63,011 nt of DNA, filler included, from Dirinaria sp. TL-2023a (GCA_051941275.1; 6 parts of 6 records of this genome joined end to end with filler, not necessarily neighbours in it), one strand, 5' to 3'. Positions 1 to 13,573 are shown, counted from the whole stretch's first letter. The notes: generated from the letters alone by a model not told the origin. Numbers and translations: made by a program.

Positions 1-1431
1 ATGTGACAGGGGGTTTATCGTAGATTATGGTTTTTTTTGTGGGTGGGATGCAATGCCCTCAATAGTGAGTAAGTCAGTTTTTAAAATAAATCTCATCATT
101 TAGATTCTCGCTCGGCTTTTCGATTCGTGTGTATTTCAATCAGTTTCTTTCAATTTTTCTCAATACTCTTTCAATATCGGGATCCTTCATCCGTCAGTAG
201 TTTCCCGCACCGCATACTCTGTAGATATCTCAATACTCCTCACTTTTAAAGATACCACGGCTACGGGCTGGTGGTCTTCATCTCCGAACCGTGCTTGCCA
301 CAAGAACCGGATTCCGTTTACTTGTGGAGATGTCTACGTCGGAGATTAGGGATTTGGAGGGTTTGTATGTGAAGTTTAGCAGGGGTAGAATGAGAGCTAC
401 ACTAGCAACACAATATCTACTAGCCACAAGCACGAGCACAGGAGATGGTATTTGCTTCAGCGCAGTGAGTCGTCATAAAAGAAAACCAGCCGCGAGACAC
501 GGTTCTCCTAAGTCGTGTGATTACCGACTTAAATTCCGAGTAGTGATAATTCGGTTTTGAGAAGGGTGTATGAGTGCAGTGTTGGTTTGATAGGTTTTAG
601 TAGGCGCTTAGGGAGAGGGGTTGGGATTTTGGTTCAGTGTGTTGCTGATGGGAACTCTGCGAGGGAGATTTTTTTGTTGAAAGAATAGTAGCTGAGCTGT
701 TTGAAAGGTCTTGCAAATTAGTAGTTGAGTGAAAGATACTAGACCACCCTGTGTTGGATGATGGGCAAAGCTTGGCGGGAGGGTGGTGTTATATACTACG
801 ATGAGATGCAGATCTGGAATTCCGTTAAGCAGAGTGCAGGCAGTGTTTCCATTGCAAATGTATTGAGACATGGGTACTGCACTGCGGAAGGAGCCGCAGA
901 ATTGTTCATACTGGTATGTTGCTTGTGCTGTGGATTTGGGGTGTATTGCTAATGGGGTTTCGGGTGTAGTTGTTCGGGTTGGGTTGAGGAATGGTATTGT
1001 TGTGGATAGGAGATCAGGGTCGTGATGAAGTTTTATGGGGAAGGGTAAATGGGTGATGGGTTTGTTGGCTTAGTATTTATCTGCATGGGGGGTTTGGATC
1101 TTGGGAAGGTAGTAGATAGCAATAATTCCGAGCTCCTGAGTATAGTTATTATAATAAACCTCCGTAACATATCCGAGAAAAATCGCAGTAGGAGCCTGCG
1201 GCCTGCGTACCAACACAGACAATGTAAGTGCGAAAAGTCCTGAAAAAATTGCGAAATTCGCATGATACCTAACAGCAGATACTTTCAAATCAAGAGCTTC
1301 AAGAACGAAAAAGAGCCTGAGATATTTTGGAAAAGTCAATGCACGAGCAATTGCCTGAGGGGGTCATATCCACATACTGTCAGCGTTTGAGACGATGGAT
1401 TCTGCTTACGCCGCTGTAGCTCCGCACAAAC

Positions 1432-2185
1432 TCACTTCGCGCCGGGAAGCGATCTACCCAGAAGATCTTGCTCATTGCCCTGCGTGATCTGCATCGTAAT
1501 CCAAATCGCCCAGTCCGCCGTGTACGCCACTATCTTATAAGCAACAATTATCACCGTCTTCAACAAAGTAAGCATCAATTTTGCAAAATCCTCCACGAAC
1601 CCCACGGGAAGCTCATGGCCAAATCCAACTGCTGCCAACCCCAGTTTGAACGCTCCGTAGGTGATTATGATGTTTTGGGTAGTAGGACCCTCTCGCCACT
1701 CTCCGTGAGGCAGTAGCTTGATGAGCTCTTGGTAGTAGTCTGTGGTGCGGTAGTATTCGATCCCGGTGGCGAAAACAATATCCATCTGTTGCCAGAGAAG
1801 CTCAAAGCCAGCCACTGTGAGGCCTAAAATTATGGAACGCTCAGTCAGACTGGGGTGCAGATGCCGGATCTGGTGCATGACTGCATTGTGGCGGTGGAAG
1901 TGCTCTGGTCCGACATGTGGATGGTAGAAACCACTTTTTGGGTTTCTGGTGGGGAGGTGATCGCTTCTTATATTTCTGGTGGCAAGAGAACGTTCTCCAA
2001 GGGCGGATTTGGAGACGAGATCATTACTGTTATTATTGTGTGAAATTGTCTCCGGCGATTGGTAAAGAGTTTTTGCAATGTCCTGAGGGTCCGAGCTTCG
2101 AAAGGGCGTGGCAATAGCGCTTAGAAAGAGTGATGATACACATATGATCCTGAGCAGCAAGATCTGCGGTATTGGAGATCGCATG
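1432..2185 (-). CDS. Uncharacterised secreted protein (signal peptide, His-rich pro-region, hydrophobic C-terminal domain)
   Basis: ORF 1432..2277; first ATG at 2185 gives MRSPIPQILLLRIICVSSLFLSAIATP (signal peptide-like). The stop overlaps a GTGAGT donor, so a short extra 3' exon near 1336-1376 is possible. Confidence 0.7.
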
Positions 2186-3668
2186 GTGAGTATGTCTAAA
2201 AAACGGGCGCACTCTGAAAAGAACAATGAAAGGAAATCAGTAAATTGCAGCAGACATGGCCTGGAAATGGTCAACACTGAAGGCGAAATCGCCTTTCCGC
2301 ACGAAGTCTACTTTGGCTGCCTGAATCAAAACATCACGAACATGGTCGTTCCAAAAGAAAAAGTTCCGACCTGCAGCGGATCGCGTACTATGAGCCGTGA
2401 AACGATCTCCTTGCGCAAGTCGCTTGCGCGTAATCATCTCGCCAACCTTGAGTAGTACTTTAGCCAACGGTTTCAAGGAGCCATACCGGCGTTTGGGTTG
2501 GCTACTTAGCATGCTCAGAATAAAAACCGCTTGAATCTGACATGTTACTTCCACAAAAGAGCGATAAATGACTTTTATCGTGAAGCATCTGATTCTTATT
2601 CCAATCTATATTCGAGATGTGTAATGGTCCGTACTATATCGAAAGATCATGTTAACTGCATGACTAATGTAAGTATCTTAGTTGCCCGTGCAGTGGCACG
2701 AGAGCAATAATAGAGAGTTGGCTCGTAAAACTTCAACATTGCTAATGACGCAAGAAATAAGTAAACAAATCGTGGACACAATAGTGTATTCGAACGACAC
2801 TTTCTATTCAAAAAAGCTCATCTCGCAGAGTGAATGAACATTGAAAAGGGAGTACACCATCTCATAAGACATATTCGAAATGTCGGCAATCATCGCTATC
2901 AGGGCTCATCCAGGGTTCGGCCCAACTACTCAAGCCGCTAGTTTGACCTCTGTATTTAACCTCTTAACTTGAAAGGCATCGCCGTATTTCACAATAATCC
3001 CTAGAAAAATCTCTGAAGCTTATTCGCCGCGATCAAGGTAGACTCGAGATTATCTACATCCGAACACAACAAATTTTCTCTGCGAACGCGAGACCTTGGA
3101 TACCTGGTATTGTTCGCAGTAATTCCCTAAAATGTTGGGCGGTTTGCGCCTTGGCTCAGTATGGCTAATAAGGCGATGATACCAAGGAAGGATTCGGTTG
3201 CAGTAAAGTTTAATCAGATAGCATGTTTCAGGACAAGGGTTTGTACCTATGCCCTTCTCTGAAACGGTTGGAGAGTGAAGGGGGATTTGCTAATATGGTG
3301 GGTGTATGGCATGGCATGGTTCTGTGGTATTGGAAACGCGATTTGTGTTTCTGTCAGGGATCTTGACTGCCTCCGCTGTCGATGAGTAGTTGTGTGAAGG
3401 ATAATAGCTTTCGTGAGTAAGGAATCTTTTCTTTGAATGTGCTTTCGTATTGAGAGGCTCGATGGAGTTTTTCATTTTCAGCTATCGCGCTTTCACGAAT
3501 GGTTTTAAGAGCTTGAAGGCACAGACTATCATGATCTTGCAGTGAGCAAGGATGACTGACAGACAGGATTTATATAATTGATGGTGAATTATTCCAGTAT
3601 TTATGTCAGTCTCATTATCATTTACTCATATCTATTTGATATGTATGATTTGCTGTTAGGCTGAAGTA

Positions 3669-4871
3669 TCATCGCGCAACATGCGCAAGAGGTACTTTCT
3701 GCGTCCTGCCGGTATACCTGAAATACTCCGAATCCTGGGTCTCCAAATCATCCCGGAACGTACTGACTGACGGTTTCGTGGGCGACGACTTGGGTTCAAA
3801 AACAAGATGATTCCTCTCGGTGCCTGCGGGACTCGTATCGCTGCCTTTGCGTCTCGCATGATCGATACTGCCGAAACGGCTGAGAATACTTCGCCTCCCT
3901 TTACTGGTGATGAGGGCCCGATACAGGGGTAATGAGCCCACGATGACAGCGATGGTGACTTCTAGACTGGACCACAGCGCGACGCCGGAAAAGGTGCCGG
4001 ACTGGAGGGATTCGACTGTGCGTAAGATGTCGAAGATGGCAACTACGAATCCCAGAGAGAAGGCGCCTGCCAGGGTGATTTTCTGGAATGCACCGAGTTG
4101 GAGACCGTGCAGCATGAAGAGGGGTAGGATCATCACTGGAATGTGTTAGGATTTTGATTGAGGAGTAGCATTGTCCCAATGACTGACCGACAAGGTCTGT
4201 GGTGACATTCAAGGCACACCAGTACTTGTACGTCGCTCGGATATCGTGCAGAGCCTTTGGTGAAGAGCATTTCTCTGCAAGTTTCTCAGCACGTCGAAGA
4301 ACGTAAGACAGGAGCGAAGAACGATACCAAAATTATAGAGATCGCTCGCGGATCCACAGAGCGTAAAGGTGCTGCCGATGCAGACCCAGAAGGTGGCAAA
4401 AGTGAGGGCCACAGCAGCCCACCACACACGAATGAAAGCCTCGGACACGTCAAACAGTAGACGGTAGAAAATCAGAAAAGTGGCTTTAACGCTCCATAGC
4501 ACCATGAATACGAGCAGGGTGACGACCAGTCTCAGCTGGAGGTACTTGCGATAGAAGGGATCCGTAAGCGGCGGAGCTTTCTCTTCATGGGCAGATATTT
4601 TGGCGATCCGAGCCGAATAGGGGAATCCAGTCGTGTATGTAGCGGCAAGGCCTATGAGGAGAAGGACCGAGAGGAGATGCGAAGCATCATCCCAATAGAA
4701 ACGGGAGGCTGTGGCATATCGAATGGCGAATCTGCCAGTAGAGAGAAGAATGCCGACGGCGGTGAAGGTCCACAGAAGCGCCTAAAGGCAAAGCATATGA
4801 GTATGCGCGCTCGCGTTAACAGTGGACATCATAGTTACGTTCAAACCCTCCACTGAGATTGTATCGTACAT
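3669..4871 (-). CDS. Pth11-like (rhodopsin-domain) integral membrane protein lacking a CFEM domain, multi-exon
   Basis: Spliced reading MYDTISVEGLN|ALLWTFTAVGILLSTGRFAIR...FYWDD...LWSVKATFLIFYRLLF...ILPLFMLHGLQL..FQKI..AFSLG..WSSLEVTIAVIVGSLPLYR, which are typical Pth11-family transmembrane motifs. Confidence 0.85.
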
Positions 4872-5734
4872 GCTGCGCTGAAGTAGGCGAACGATGCCAG
4901 AGATCCTAGAGAAAGACCGACACCGTATAACGCAGGAACTGAGAAGGAGCGAACCGCGAACAATTGCGCGGGAATACGCACGATAACAGGAGTTCTATAT
5001 GAGCCCACCGCCATTGCAGTGACGTTGTTCTGCATCGCAAGACTGACGTGAGCTGAAAAGTGCTTACTGAATCATGTAGACTTGGTGTGGGTGCAATCCT
5101 TCAGGATTGGCGATATCCAAACATTTTTGCTGGCGCTTTGCCATGCGAAGGTTAGTGATCTCTACGCCTCTTTATTGCCAGAGACTTGGTAGTCGAGTAT
5201 GCACGATCGATGGTGTGGCTGTGGCTGCAGCTATTTGGAAATCACTAATGCACAGTCCGCGGGGGAGTGCAGCTTGGGAGCCTCGGAATGAATGTTGATG
5301 AGTTGCACGCGGCAGATACGGAGTGACATGACTGGCACTCCCTTACTATCTCTCCTTCAGAGGTCCTGCGGTCCTGCCATCAAATTACCAATTAAGCTGA
5401 CGGCCATTTTATCTCGAGCGGGTCAGATCGGATGACATTAATATCGAAGTGACACTAAGATTGGATCAATGTCTCAAGGTAAGCGCTAGTGGTGCGCCCA
5501 TTGCCATGCGACGTGGTGGCCCTGGTGGGGGATCAGTTGATGGAGGGCCAGAAGTTTCAGCTGAAACCTTAAATGACACATTTCTGGATGTTCGTTGGCC
5601 AACCTTCTGCTGATTAATGATACTCACTCAAGAATTGGCCTATCATTTGACAGCAACTTACTTTACTTAAGTGGTTGCGATTTACGCTTTACGATTGCCG
5701 AATCTGCATAACAGCATAAGGTAAGGCACAGAAA

Positions 5735-5770
5735 GACGCCAAGGACGCCAAGGACGCCAAGGACGCCAAG
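5735..5770. repeat. 9-bp tandem repeat (GACGCCAAG)x4 in the divergent intergenic region between the Pth11-like and MFS genes
   Basis: Read directly from the sequence. Confidence 0.9.
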
Positions 5771-5957
5771 GCCTGCCAAGTACAAGCACGCCAAGCCCGC
5801 TTGACCTGAAATGATCACCCTCTGCTTTCCTTCTCGGCCTGTCAGCTCGCGCACACGCAAACACGTTCTCCTTCTTGAACATCTGCGTTTTGCGGTCATG
5901 TGATCGCTCAATCACTTGTCAACGACTTACAGGTTTATCTATGTTCTGGCTGCGGCG

Positions 5958-7815
5958 ATGTCGAAAGTACAGAGTGCGACAGAAAGGTCGCCACTGCTAG
6001 GAGATTCGTCTTCGCAGGTTACCAACCTCGATGCTGAGCCTTCCGAAGATGGGCGAAATGACGCCGAGGCCAACCAGCAGACACCGGAGTCCGAAAGTCC
6101 GGAGGTGTTGCAGGCGAGGAAGAATGTCAAGCAGATGCTCCCCGTCCTCAGCGTTGGCATTTTCCTGGCCTTTCTCGATCAAAGTGTCGTTGCGGCCATC
6201 AGCGAGGACATCGGCAGCGACCTGGGTGCTTTACGCAGTGTCTCATGGATCGCGACTGCCTATTTCCTGACCATGACATGCTCGCAGCCGCTCTATGGCA
6301 AGCTGAGCGATGTTTTCGGACGCAAACCTTGTCTGCTCTTCGCTTACATCTCATTTGGTGTGGGCAGTCTTGGCTGCGGCTTGACAAGAAGTATGGCAGG
6401 TCTAATTGCGGCCCGAGTATGTCACCGCCTTCTCCGCAACCCCCTTCGCTCGCTCATCGGTACTACTAGGCTATTCAGGGCATCGGCGGAGGTGGCATGC
6501 TGATCGTCGTCACTGTCCTGCTTTCAGACCTAATCCCATTGAGGGAGCGTGGAACCTATCAAGGCTATCTGAACCTCATTGGAGCCGTTGGATCAACTAC
6601 TGGTGGACCGATTGGTTTGTCATCGTCTCCAAAGCCGTTGATGAATACCGAAAGCTAATGTGAACTCGAAGGAGGTCTTTTCGTACAAAGTATCGGCTGG
6701 CAATGGTAACGAGCAAAGCATCCTGTGTCGAACCCGCTTACGCAGAATAGGGTCTTCCTCGTCCAAGTTGCTCTTTGCCTCGTCGCCATTTTTTCGGTCA
6801 GCTTCCTACTTCGTACGCCTCCAAGGAAGGCCGAACTTCCTTGGAATGAGCAACTCAAGAAGATTGATTTTCTTGGCGCCTTGCTTCTGATTTTAATTGT
6901 TTTTGGTCTTTTGTTCGGTCTTGACCGAGGCGCAAACGTCTCATGGCGGAGCCCAGTTGCAATAACATCGCTGTGTGTGACTGTACCTCTCTTTGTAGCC
7001 TTTTTGTGGGTCGAGGCTCGCTTCGCGTCAGCGCCATTTACGCCGGGTCATATAATATTTGACAAAGCACTTGTCGCCTGTTATGCGCAGGGGTTTTTCG
7101 GCTACGCTGGCTTTACCGCTCTCATTTTCTACCTACCTACGTTTTTCCAGGTCGTCATCGGGATGACGCCTGCAGGAGCTGGTGCTGGTCTGATTCCGGC
7201 CGCGATTTCCGCTGTCGTCGGAACTCTCCTTGGCGGCATCATCTTGAAGCGCATTGGGAAATTCTATTGGCTCGCTGTTGTAGCCGCAACCGCAGCTGCC
7301 CTGACAGCAGTACCGATTGCTGTGGCACCATCTATGCGCCACGGCTCAGTTGTCACGATCTACGTCGCCTCGGTTGCAAGTTTCGTACCACAAGGTATCA
7401 CGGTGACGGCTTCACTCATAGCAATCAGTAAGTCTTGCGACTTTTCCATGGAAAGATTCACTGATCACTCTTAGTATCAAATGTGTCAGCAGCGGATCAG
7501 GCGGTTGCCACTGCATGCTCATTCCTTTTCCGTTCGCTTGGTGCAGCAGTGGGCGTGTCTCTTGTAGGGCTGGTCATCCAAGAGGTCCTCGGCATAAAGC
7601 TGCGACAGAATTTTGAGCCTCAAGAAGCCGACCGGATCATAGCACAGGCCGCAAGAAGCCTAGAATTTATAAAACACCTTCCACCCGATGTGTATATTGT
7701 GGTAAAGGACTGCTACCGCTCAGGCATTCAAAGCGGCTACATCATGTGTGTGGGGCTGCTTGCGGTATCCGCAATCAGTGTCACGTGGTGGAGGGATAAG
7801 AAGATGAGTAAATAG
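5958..7815 (+). CDS. MFS transporter (DHA2/Vba-like, ~14 TM), multi-exon
   Basis: FLAFLDQSVVA, SWIATAYFL, PLYGKLSDVFGRK, RAIQGIGGGG, ERGTYQG, IDFLGA, ATACSFLFRSLG; GT-AG introns join ORFs 5916, 6725 and 7483. Confidence 0.9.
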
Positions 7816-9273
7816 GCATTTCGGCAGGCCATATTATCGTAAAATTAAAGATTAAGAGGTTCTAGCCACGAGAGTTCTGGGACTACTACTGTTCGGTTTT
7901 TATTGAAGAGGCTCGTTCTTGGGGAATCGACCCTCCGTTAGCTACGTTGATTGTGTATCTTCAGGCAAAGATTGAACCGATGTACCTTATTTGAGGAATT
8001 GGCTGGGAAACCTCCGACTTAATCGCATGTTCACCGGAGCCGCCCGGCCACCATGGCAGCCCAATATTGGCAACTCGCGAGAGCCGCAAGATTTGATTGC
8101 TATAAGATCAATCAGTTGTGGAGCTGTCATGGAAGAATACAAACGGCATGTGGGCATGAAGAAGCTATGAAAAGGCTAGGACAAATATTGTATCGCGACG
8201 TTGGTTTCCAAGCTTAAGTCCACTGGCGCCGGCCACCGTTGGGCTTGGCTTACCCCCACTCACCTAGCTAGCCAGCGCTTGATTTCTCCACATGGTCTCT
8301 CGCATACTCCGTACTGGTCATAGCTCCCTCCGCTGTATGGAGAATGACATCAAACTACATGGCGAGGATTTTAGCGCGGCGTCTAGAGTACCAAAGGCAT
8401 GCTTTCATCATTGAATCGTCACCGTGCTTTTAGGATCTGGTGAACAAAAAGACTCAACTGGAGGGATCCAAGGCTTTTTCGACAAATGCAAAGACAGCCG
8501 TTGATTTTTGCTTACTTTCACCTGCTATGTAAAAGCTCGGCGACTCCGGGCTCTAATATGATGTGCCAAGCTATGAAAGGCAGTAAGGTATGCACGCCTC
8601 TAATGACCTTTCCACACACGATTGGATCGCAAATCCTAGCACAATCCTCTAGTTCCTGTTAGCGAAATGATCCCTGAGCATAGCCACTATCCTGGATATG
8701 GAATTCCCTGATTGCCACCGCAAGAGCAAGGTGCGCGTCCGTAGGTGGTGGGTTGAAAGGTAAGCTTGAGCATAGATGCTCTGATCTATCGGCCTGGTAA
8801 TTCTATGAGCAAATGCCCCAGCTGCAGCAGGTATGACTGCATGGCACCTTTGCCGGTTGCAGATCGAAAATCTGGTTTCGCATTATGGAAAAGTACCTGC
8901 GTTAGCTACTTCAAGTACCGAGCGGTTGCGAATATATCCGCATATCCGCCGACAAACGTATGGTTCAATTGGATCCTCTAGCGAGCTATGACTCTGGAAT
9001 GCATTATTCATTTTAATCTTCGCAAGGCGATTTGGAAATCCATCGCTGTTTTGGCTTGCATACTATTGCGGGGTACATAGTAGATCTAATGCTGGGATTT
9101 TCTTAAACCGCACTTCCTTCATATGTAGCTTGTCCTGCCCAGCTCGAGCTCCTTTCTGGTCGTCTTCCTCTTTGCTCTAAATCGTGTTTGTCTTACAGCT
9201 GACTATTTTCACCTAACATATTAAAGTCACTACCATTGTTACTATCCGGCCACAGACCTTTTAATATCTTAAT

Positions 9274-10454
9274 ATGCTATTCCAAGTAGCTTCTATCCTC
9301 CTGCTTCTTGCAGCTCCCCTGTTGGCTACAAATATCGCGGGAGAACCCACTGATATCAATAATTGGCCACCATGTGCTGTAGGTTCGAGCACGTTTGGAG
9401 TTACTGTGTAAGGCCAGCCAGCTAACATCTGATATAGCAAAGATGCATACCGGGGGGTTACGGGCCTCCGGCTGATTGCGGTAGTCTTTCCAACCTTCCA
9501 TGCATCTGTACCAAAGGTCAATTCGCCGCTCAAATCCACACCTGTGAGCAACTTGGATGTAGCGATCAAGAGTTTAAAGGTATGTAACTTTTTAGATTCT
9601 CGGGATCGAGAGATTTGAGGCGCTGCAATTGCACTCCCTAACTTCATTAATGCCAGACATTTCAACTCTAAGTCAACGCCTCTGTGCGCCTGTCGGTGGC
9701 TTCGGATCGTCCTTGTCAGCGACAATAACTGCTGTTGGCTCCAGCACCCTATCCTCTATTTCAGTCACACCCACCATTCCACCGAGCGTCACAGTAGCTT
9801 CGGCGGTATCGAGCGTGCTTGCCACGGCGACTCTTGCTCCTTACCTTGGAAACCCGTCGAATATCTCCAATTATCCCCGATGTGCTGTAAGTCTTGCTGC
9901 TCCAGTGCCTCTTGTCGCTTAAGGCCGTCCACTGAATTTACTTCTCTAGCAAATTTGTAGCAATGAGACTCAGGTCATCAGGGCTGCTGACTTGAACAAC
10001 CTTCAAGTTGCTTGCAGCCCCAGCTTCCGAAGTTTAACTGCTGGCTGCGAAGCGGCCTCGTGTGACAGCGACTCGTACGCGGAGACGCAATTGCTTGCGC
10101 AACAGCTGTGTGGATCTCTCTACAAGAGCAATGCCACCCTAGCTTCTGCAGTCACATCTGCTGTCGCCTCGGCCACAGCTGCTGCGAAAGCCGCCACTGA
10201 TGGCAAAGATGCGACGGACATGGCCAATTACCCTCCCTGTGCTGTAAGTCGCTGAATCCCCTCATCTTATCTGACATTGCCTACCTAGCCTGTCTATGTT
10301 GAAACTTACGGGACTTTCTCCTACCTAGCAAAAATGCGTGTCCCAAGGCAACTACGGCGGCTGCGGCAGTCTGGCCAATCGCGAATGCGTCTGTCACGGC
10401 AGCGCTTTTGACAAAGCCGTTAGCCCCTGCGAGAGATCAACTTGTAATGGCCAG
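9274..10454 (+). CDS. Secreted protein with at least three tandem CFEM domains; 3'-truncated by the contig end
   Basis: Signal peptide MLFQVASILLLLAAPLLA; repeats WPPCA|QRC..DCGSLSNLPCIC..C...C, YPRCA|QIC..., YPPCA|QKC..GCGSLANRECVC..C...C separated by Ser/Thr/Ala linkers. Confidence 0.85.
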
Positions 10455-10554
10455 NNNNNNNNNNNNNNNNNNNNNNNNNNNNNNNNNNNNNNNNNNNNTT
10501 AATTAATTAANNNNNNNNNNNNNNNNNNNNNNNNNNNNNNNNNNNNNNNNNNNN
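10455..10554. other. Artificial contig spacer (44N-TTAATTAATTAA-44N)
   Basis: Identical 100-bp spacer occurs five times; stop codons in all six frames. Confidence 0.98.
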
Positions 10555-10971
10555 GCGTTAGTACCGTAGATATTGGTGGTGGGTTATATTGTGTTTGGAG
10601 GTTTCACGCCCTGGGATTGACGAGTTAACCTTACATTATGATTCTCGATACAGTTTCGGTGATCATGCACTGATATCATCTGCACGCTTTGGCCTGACTC
10701 GAGAGTATAGAAAAAACGTCTCTTCGTGACATTCTCCGACCATGGGCTCGCCAAAATTTTCCCATTCTGTGGCTGCTGCAAGCTTATGTCGGCATGCATG
10801 CCAGCACACAACTTTCGGGTTTATGCCGCCTTCTCCTCCTTTGATAAGGACCGCTCTCTATTGTTAATTTTTTTTTTAAAAAAAAGGGGGTCTTTAGAGA
10901 CTTCAAAACATAGATAGTGGTTTGTGAACTGCGTTAGAAGTTTTTGGCGCCCCTTGGATTGAAGAGCCAAT

Positions 10972-13011
10972 ATGGCTCCTTCCAGCTTTCCAAGTGACTA
11001 CTTATCCATAATCTTACATTATGTTCTTGACACAGTCTTGGTCATGCACTGGTACCAACTACTTTTCTCGATCATCATCCTCGTCGGTCTGATTCTCCGT
11101 GCCTTGGCGCGAGCGTACAGAACACCCCTTCGTGACGTTCCTGGACCTTGGCTGGCGAAATTCTCCCGTCTGTGGCTGCTGCAGGCTTATGTCGGGCGGT
11201 CTTTTCACCGGACGAATCTCAATCTCCATCGACGATACGGTTCGTAATCCTGCCTGCCTGCCCTCCCTTGACGACTCTGATTTTTTTAACCTGGTTAATT
11301 TTTTTTTTTTTTTTTTTTTTGGCGCGCAGTCATTACCGTTAGATGTGAGAGTGGTGTTTTAACTGGCTGCGGTGGCGGCGTGCAGGACCGATTGTTCGCA
11401 TTGCCCCGAATGAATACAGTATTGACGACCCGGATGCGGCGAGGATACTCTACCGAGCATCGGGTCAGCTTGCAAAGGTATGGTTTGGAAACATATAGCA
11501 TGAGCTTTCTTCAAATAGCTAAAATTCCAATCTGGGGATAGTCAACCCGGTATTTAGCTTGGAGTGCACCCACCAACGAACCAAATATATTTGCCGCGGT
11601 CGATATCGCCCGTCATGCTGAGCGCCGAAAACAGACTGCCCAGCTGTACCAGTGGAATACGCTCTCGAATTTCGAGCCACCGCTGGATAAGCTTACGCAG
11701 GAGCTGCTGTGTCGACTGTCCGATTTTGCAGCCTCTGGAGAGGTTATTGAATTGAACCATTGGTTTCACTACTATGCTTTGGATGCCATCGGAATCATAG
11801 CTGTGAGCCCGGTTTATTTTCCCCCTTCGAACTGTGTGGCGCCAATTTTTGTATACTAATTAGAGATAAAAGCTGGGCAAACCCTTCGGCCTGCTTACCA
11901 ATGGCGGCGATGTTGCTGGCCTGATGGCAGAAATCCAGCGCTCCTCTCGATATGGCGCCATCGTAGGCGTCTTCCCCGAACTTCACAGGGCAATATTTCG
12001 TCTTGTGTCGGCGATGTCTTCCACAGGCGCTCAAGGTCTCGGCTACCTCATTAAGTTCACGAGCCAAGCAATCGACGAGGTAGCAGCTCGTGCTGCGGGG
12101 AAATCCGACGATGCGCAACACCACCTGGCCGGCATGCTGTTCGCCATGCATCTCCGCGACCCGGTAGGCTTTACCCACGACGATATCCGCTTCCACATCT
12201 TTCCCAGCATTGGCGGAGGTTCGGATACCACCGCCATCACCATCGGCGCCGTCATCTACAATCTCGTCAGAACGCCATCGGCTTTGTATGCGCTTCGGCA
12301 GGAGCTGGACGAGCGGAAACGGATGGGAAAGCTGAGTTATCCGATCACGCTCAGAGAAGCGCAGGAGTGCCCGTATTTGCAAGCGGTCATCAAGGAGACC
12401 ATGCGCGTTCACCCTGGCGTAGGGCTTCCTATGCCCCGTGTCATCCCCATAGGAGGATTGACCCTGGCCGGACGATATTTTCCCGCAGGGGTAGGCCCTC
12501 CTCACTGTTTTCTATAAAGGTCAAAACAAGAATCTGATGGATTGCCTGTGAGCAGACTGTCGTAGGCATCAACACTTGGGTATCAAATTTCAACCCCAGC
12601 GTCTTCGGCGCTGATTCGGCCGTCTTCCGCCCTGAACGATGGCTGCATTCAAGCGATGCGCAGACGACGAAGATGAACGATAATTTCTTGACGGTATGTA
12701 TCGACACTCATCCCGCCCACATTAAACAGTCACAGCTCTCCCATACTTGGAGTTTTACGAGATGGTGCTAATCATAGTCCCCCTGTTTCCTGTGCTAGTT
12801 CGGCAAAGGTCCGCGCTCCTGCCTCGGCAAGAATATCAGTTTCCTAGAACTAAGCAAGTTGATTCCGGAACTAGTACTAAGCTTTGATTTCGAGATGGCG
12901 GGTGGGATCGGGGCAGAATGGACGTTGTTGAACGACTGGCTCGTGATGCAGAAGGGTTTCCGCGTGAAGGTGCTTCAGAGAAGGCCAGGCAACGCCTTTT
13001 CGCTTAAGTAA
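10972..13011 (+). CDS. Cytochrome P450 (pisatin demethylase/CYP57-like clan), multi-exon
   Basis: N-terminal TM, PLRDVPGPWLAK, GPIVRIAPNE, I-helix GGGSDTTA, KETMR (ExxR), FRPERW, heme motif FGKGPRSCLGKN. Confidence 0.93.
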
Positions 13012-13164
13012 GGTATATGCCAGCTGTGCGATCGAATAATCAGATAAAGCATCGAGAAAAGACGACGGACGAATTGTTCGAGCTCTCGAGCCTAGCCAGG
13101 CTCACTGACATCGACGAACGTTTTCAGTTCAAGTTTTTGGCGCCGTGGTTATTACGACTTGACT

Positions 13165-13573
13165 TGGCTCGACGTATCGGGTTGTTCTTTGGATATCTCT
13201 CTCTGTGCAAGACATCGTCGACTTACTGGACATCTCGCTTGGTTGAGAAAGGGTCTTGCTTTAAGTTGAACTCGTTGCATTGGGGTTACGCAATTTCAGA
13301 CTTTGAATATGACGTGATCATTATTCTGATCCCGGCTCCGTTGGAAAGGGGAGACCGAAAAGTGTGATGAGCGCGACACGCTGATTGAATCCCACAATTT
13401 GGGTCATTGCATATGTCGATAGATTGCAAAAGGGACTCATGGGAATATTTGTGTTGGGGGCATCGTACGTTGCATGTTGCTTTTCCGTCGGCCCCTCTGG
13501 ACTATCCAATAGCACGGCTGCTGCATCTGGGACCGTAATGATGGTGCATTTGCAGTCTCTTCACGCTCACTAG
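13165..13573 (+). pseudogene. Fragmentary Pth11-like receptor remnant
   Basis: IGLFFGYLSLC..YWTS....CFKLNSLHWGYAISDFEYDVIIILIPAPL followed in another frame by LQKGLMGIFVLGASYVA, resembling TM4-TM6 of rhodopsin-domain proteins; no N-terminal half and no intact frame. Confidence 0.55.

Noticed and set aside
1..1340. Several 60-90 aa ORFs in G/T-skewed DNA
   Set aside because: No recognisable motifs and overlapping on both strands; treated as intergenic or degenerate sequence.
5735..5770. CRISPR-like or coding (PWR)n repeat
   Set aside because: Simple 9-bp tandem repeat with no spacers, in a eukaryotic intergenic region.
10499..10510. TTAATTAATTAA palindrome as a biological motif
   Set aside because: It is always centred in N runs of fixed length, so it is an assembly linker.
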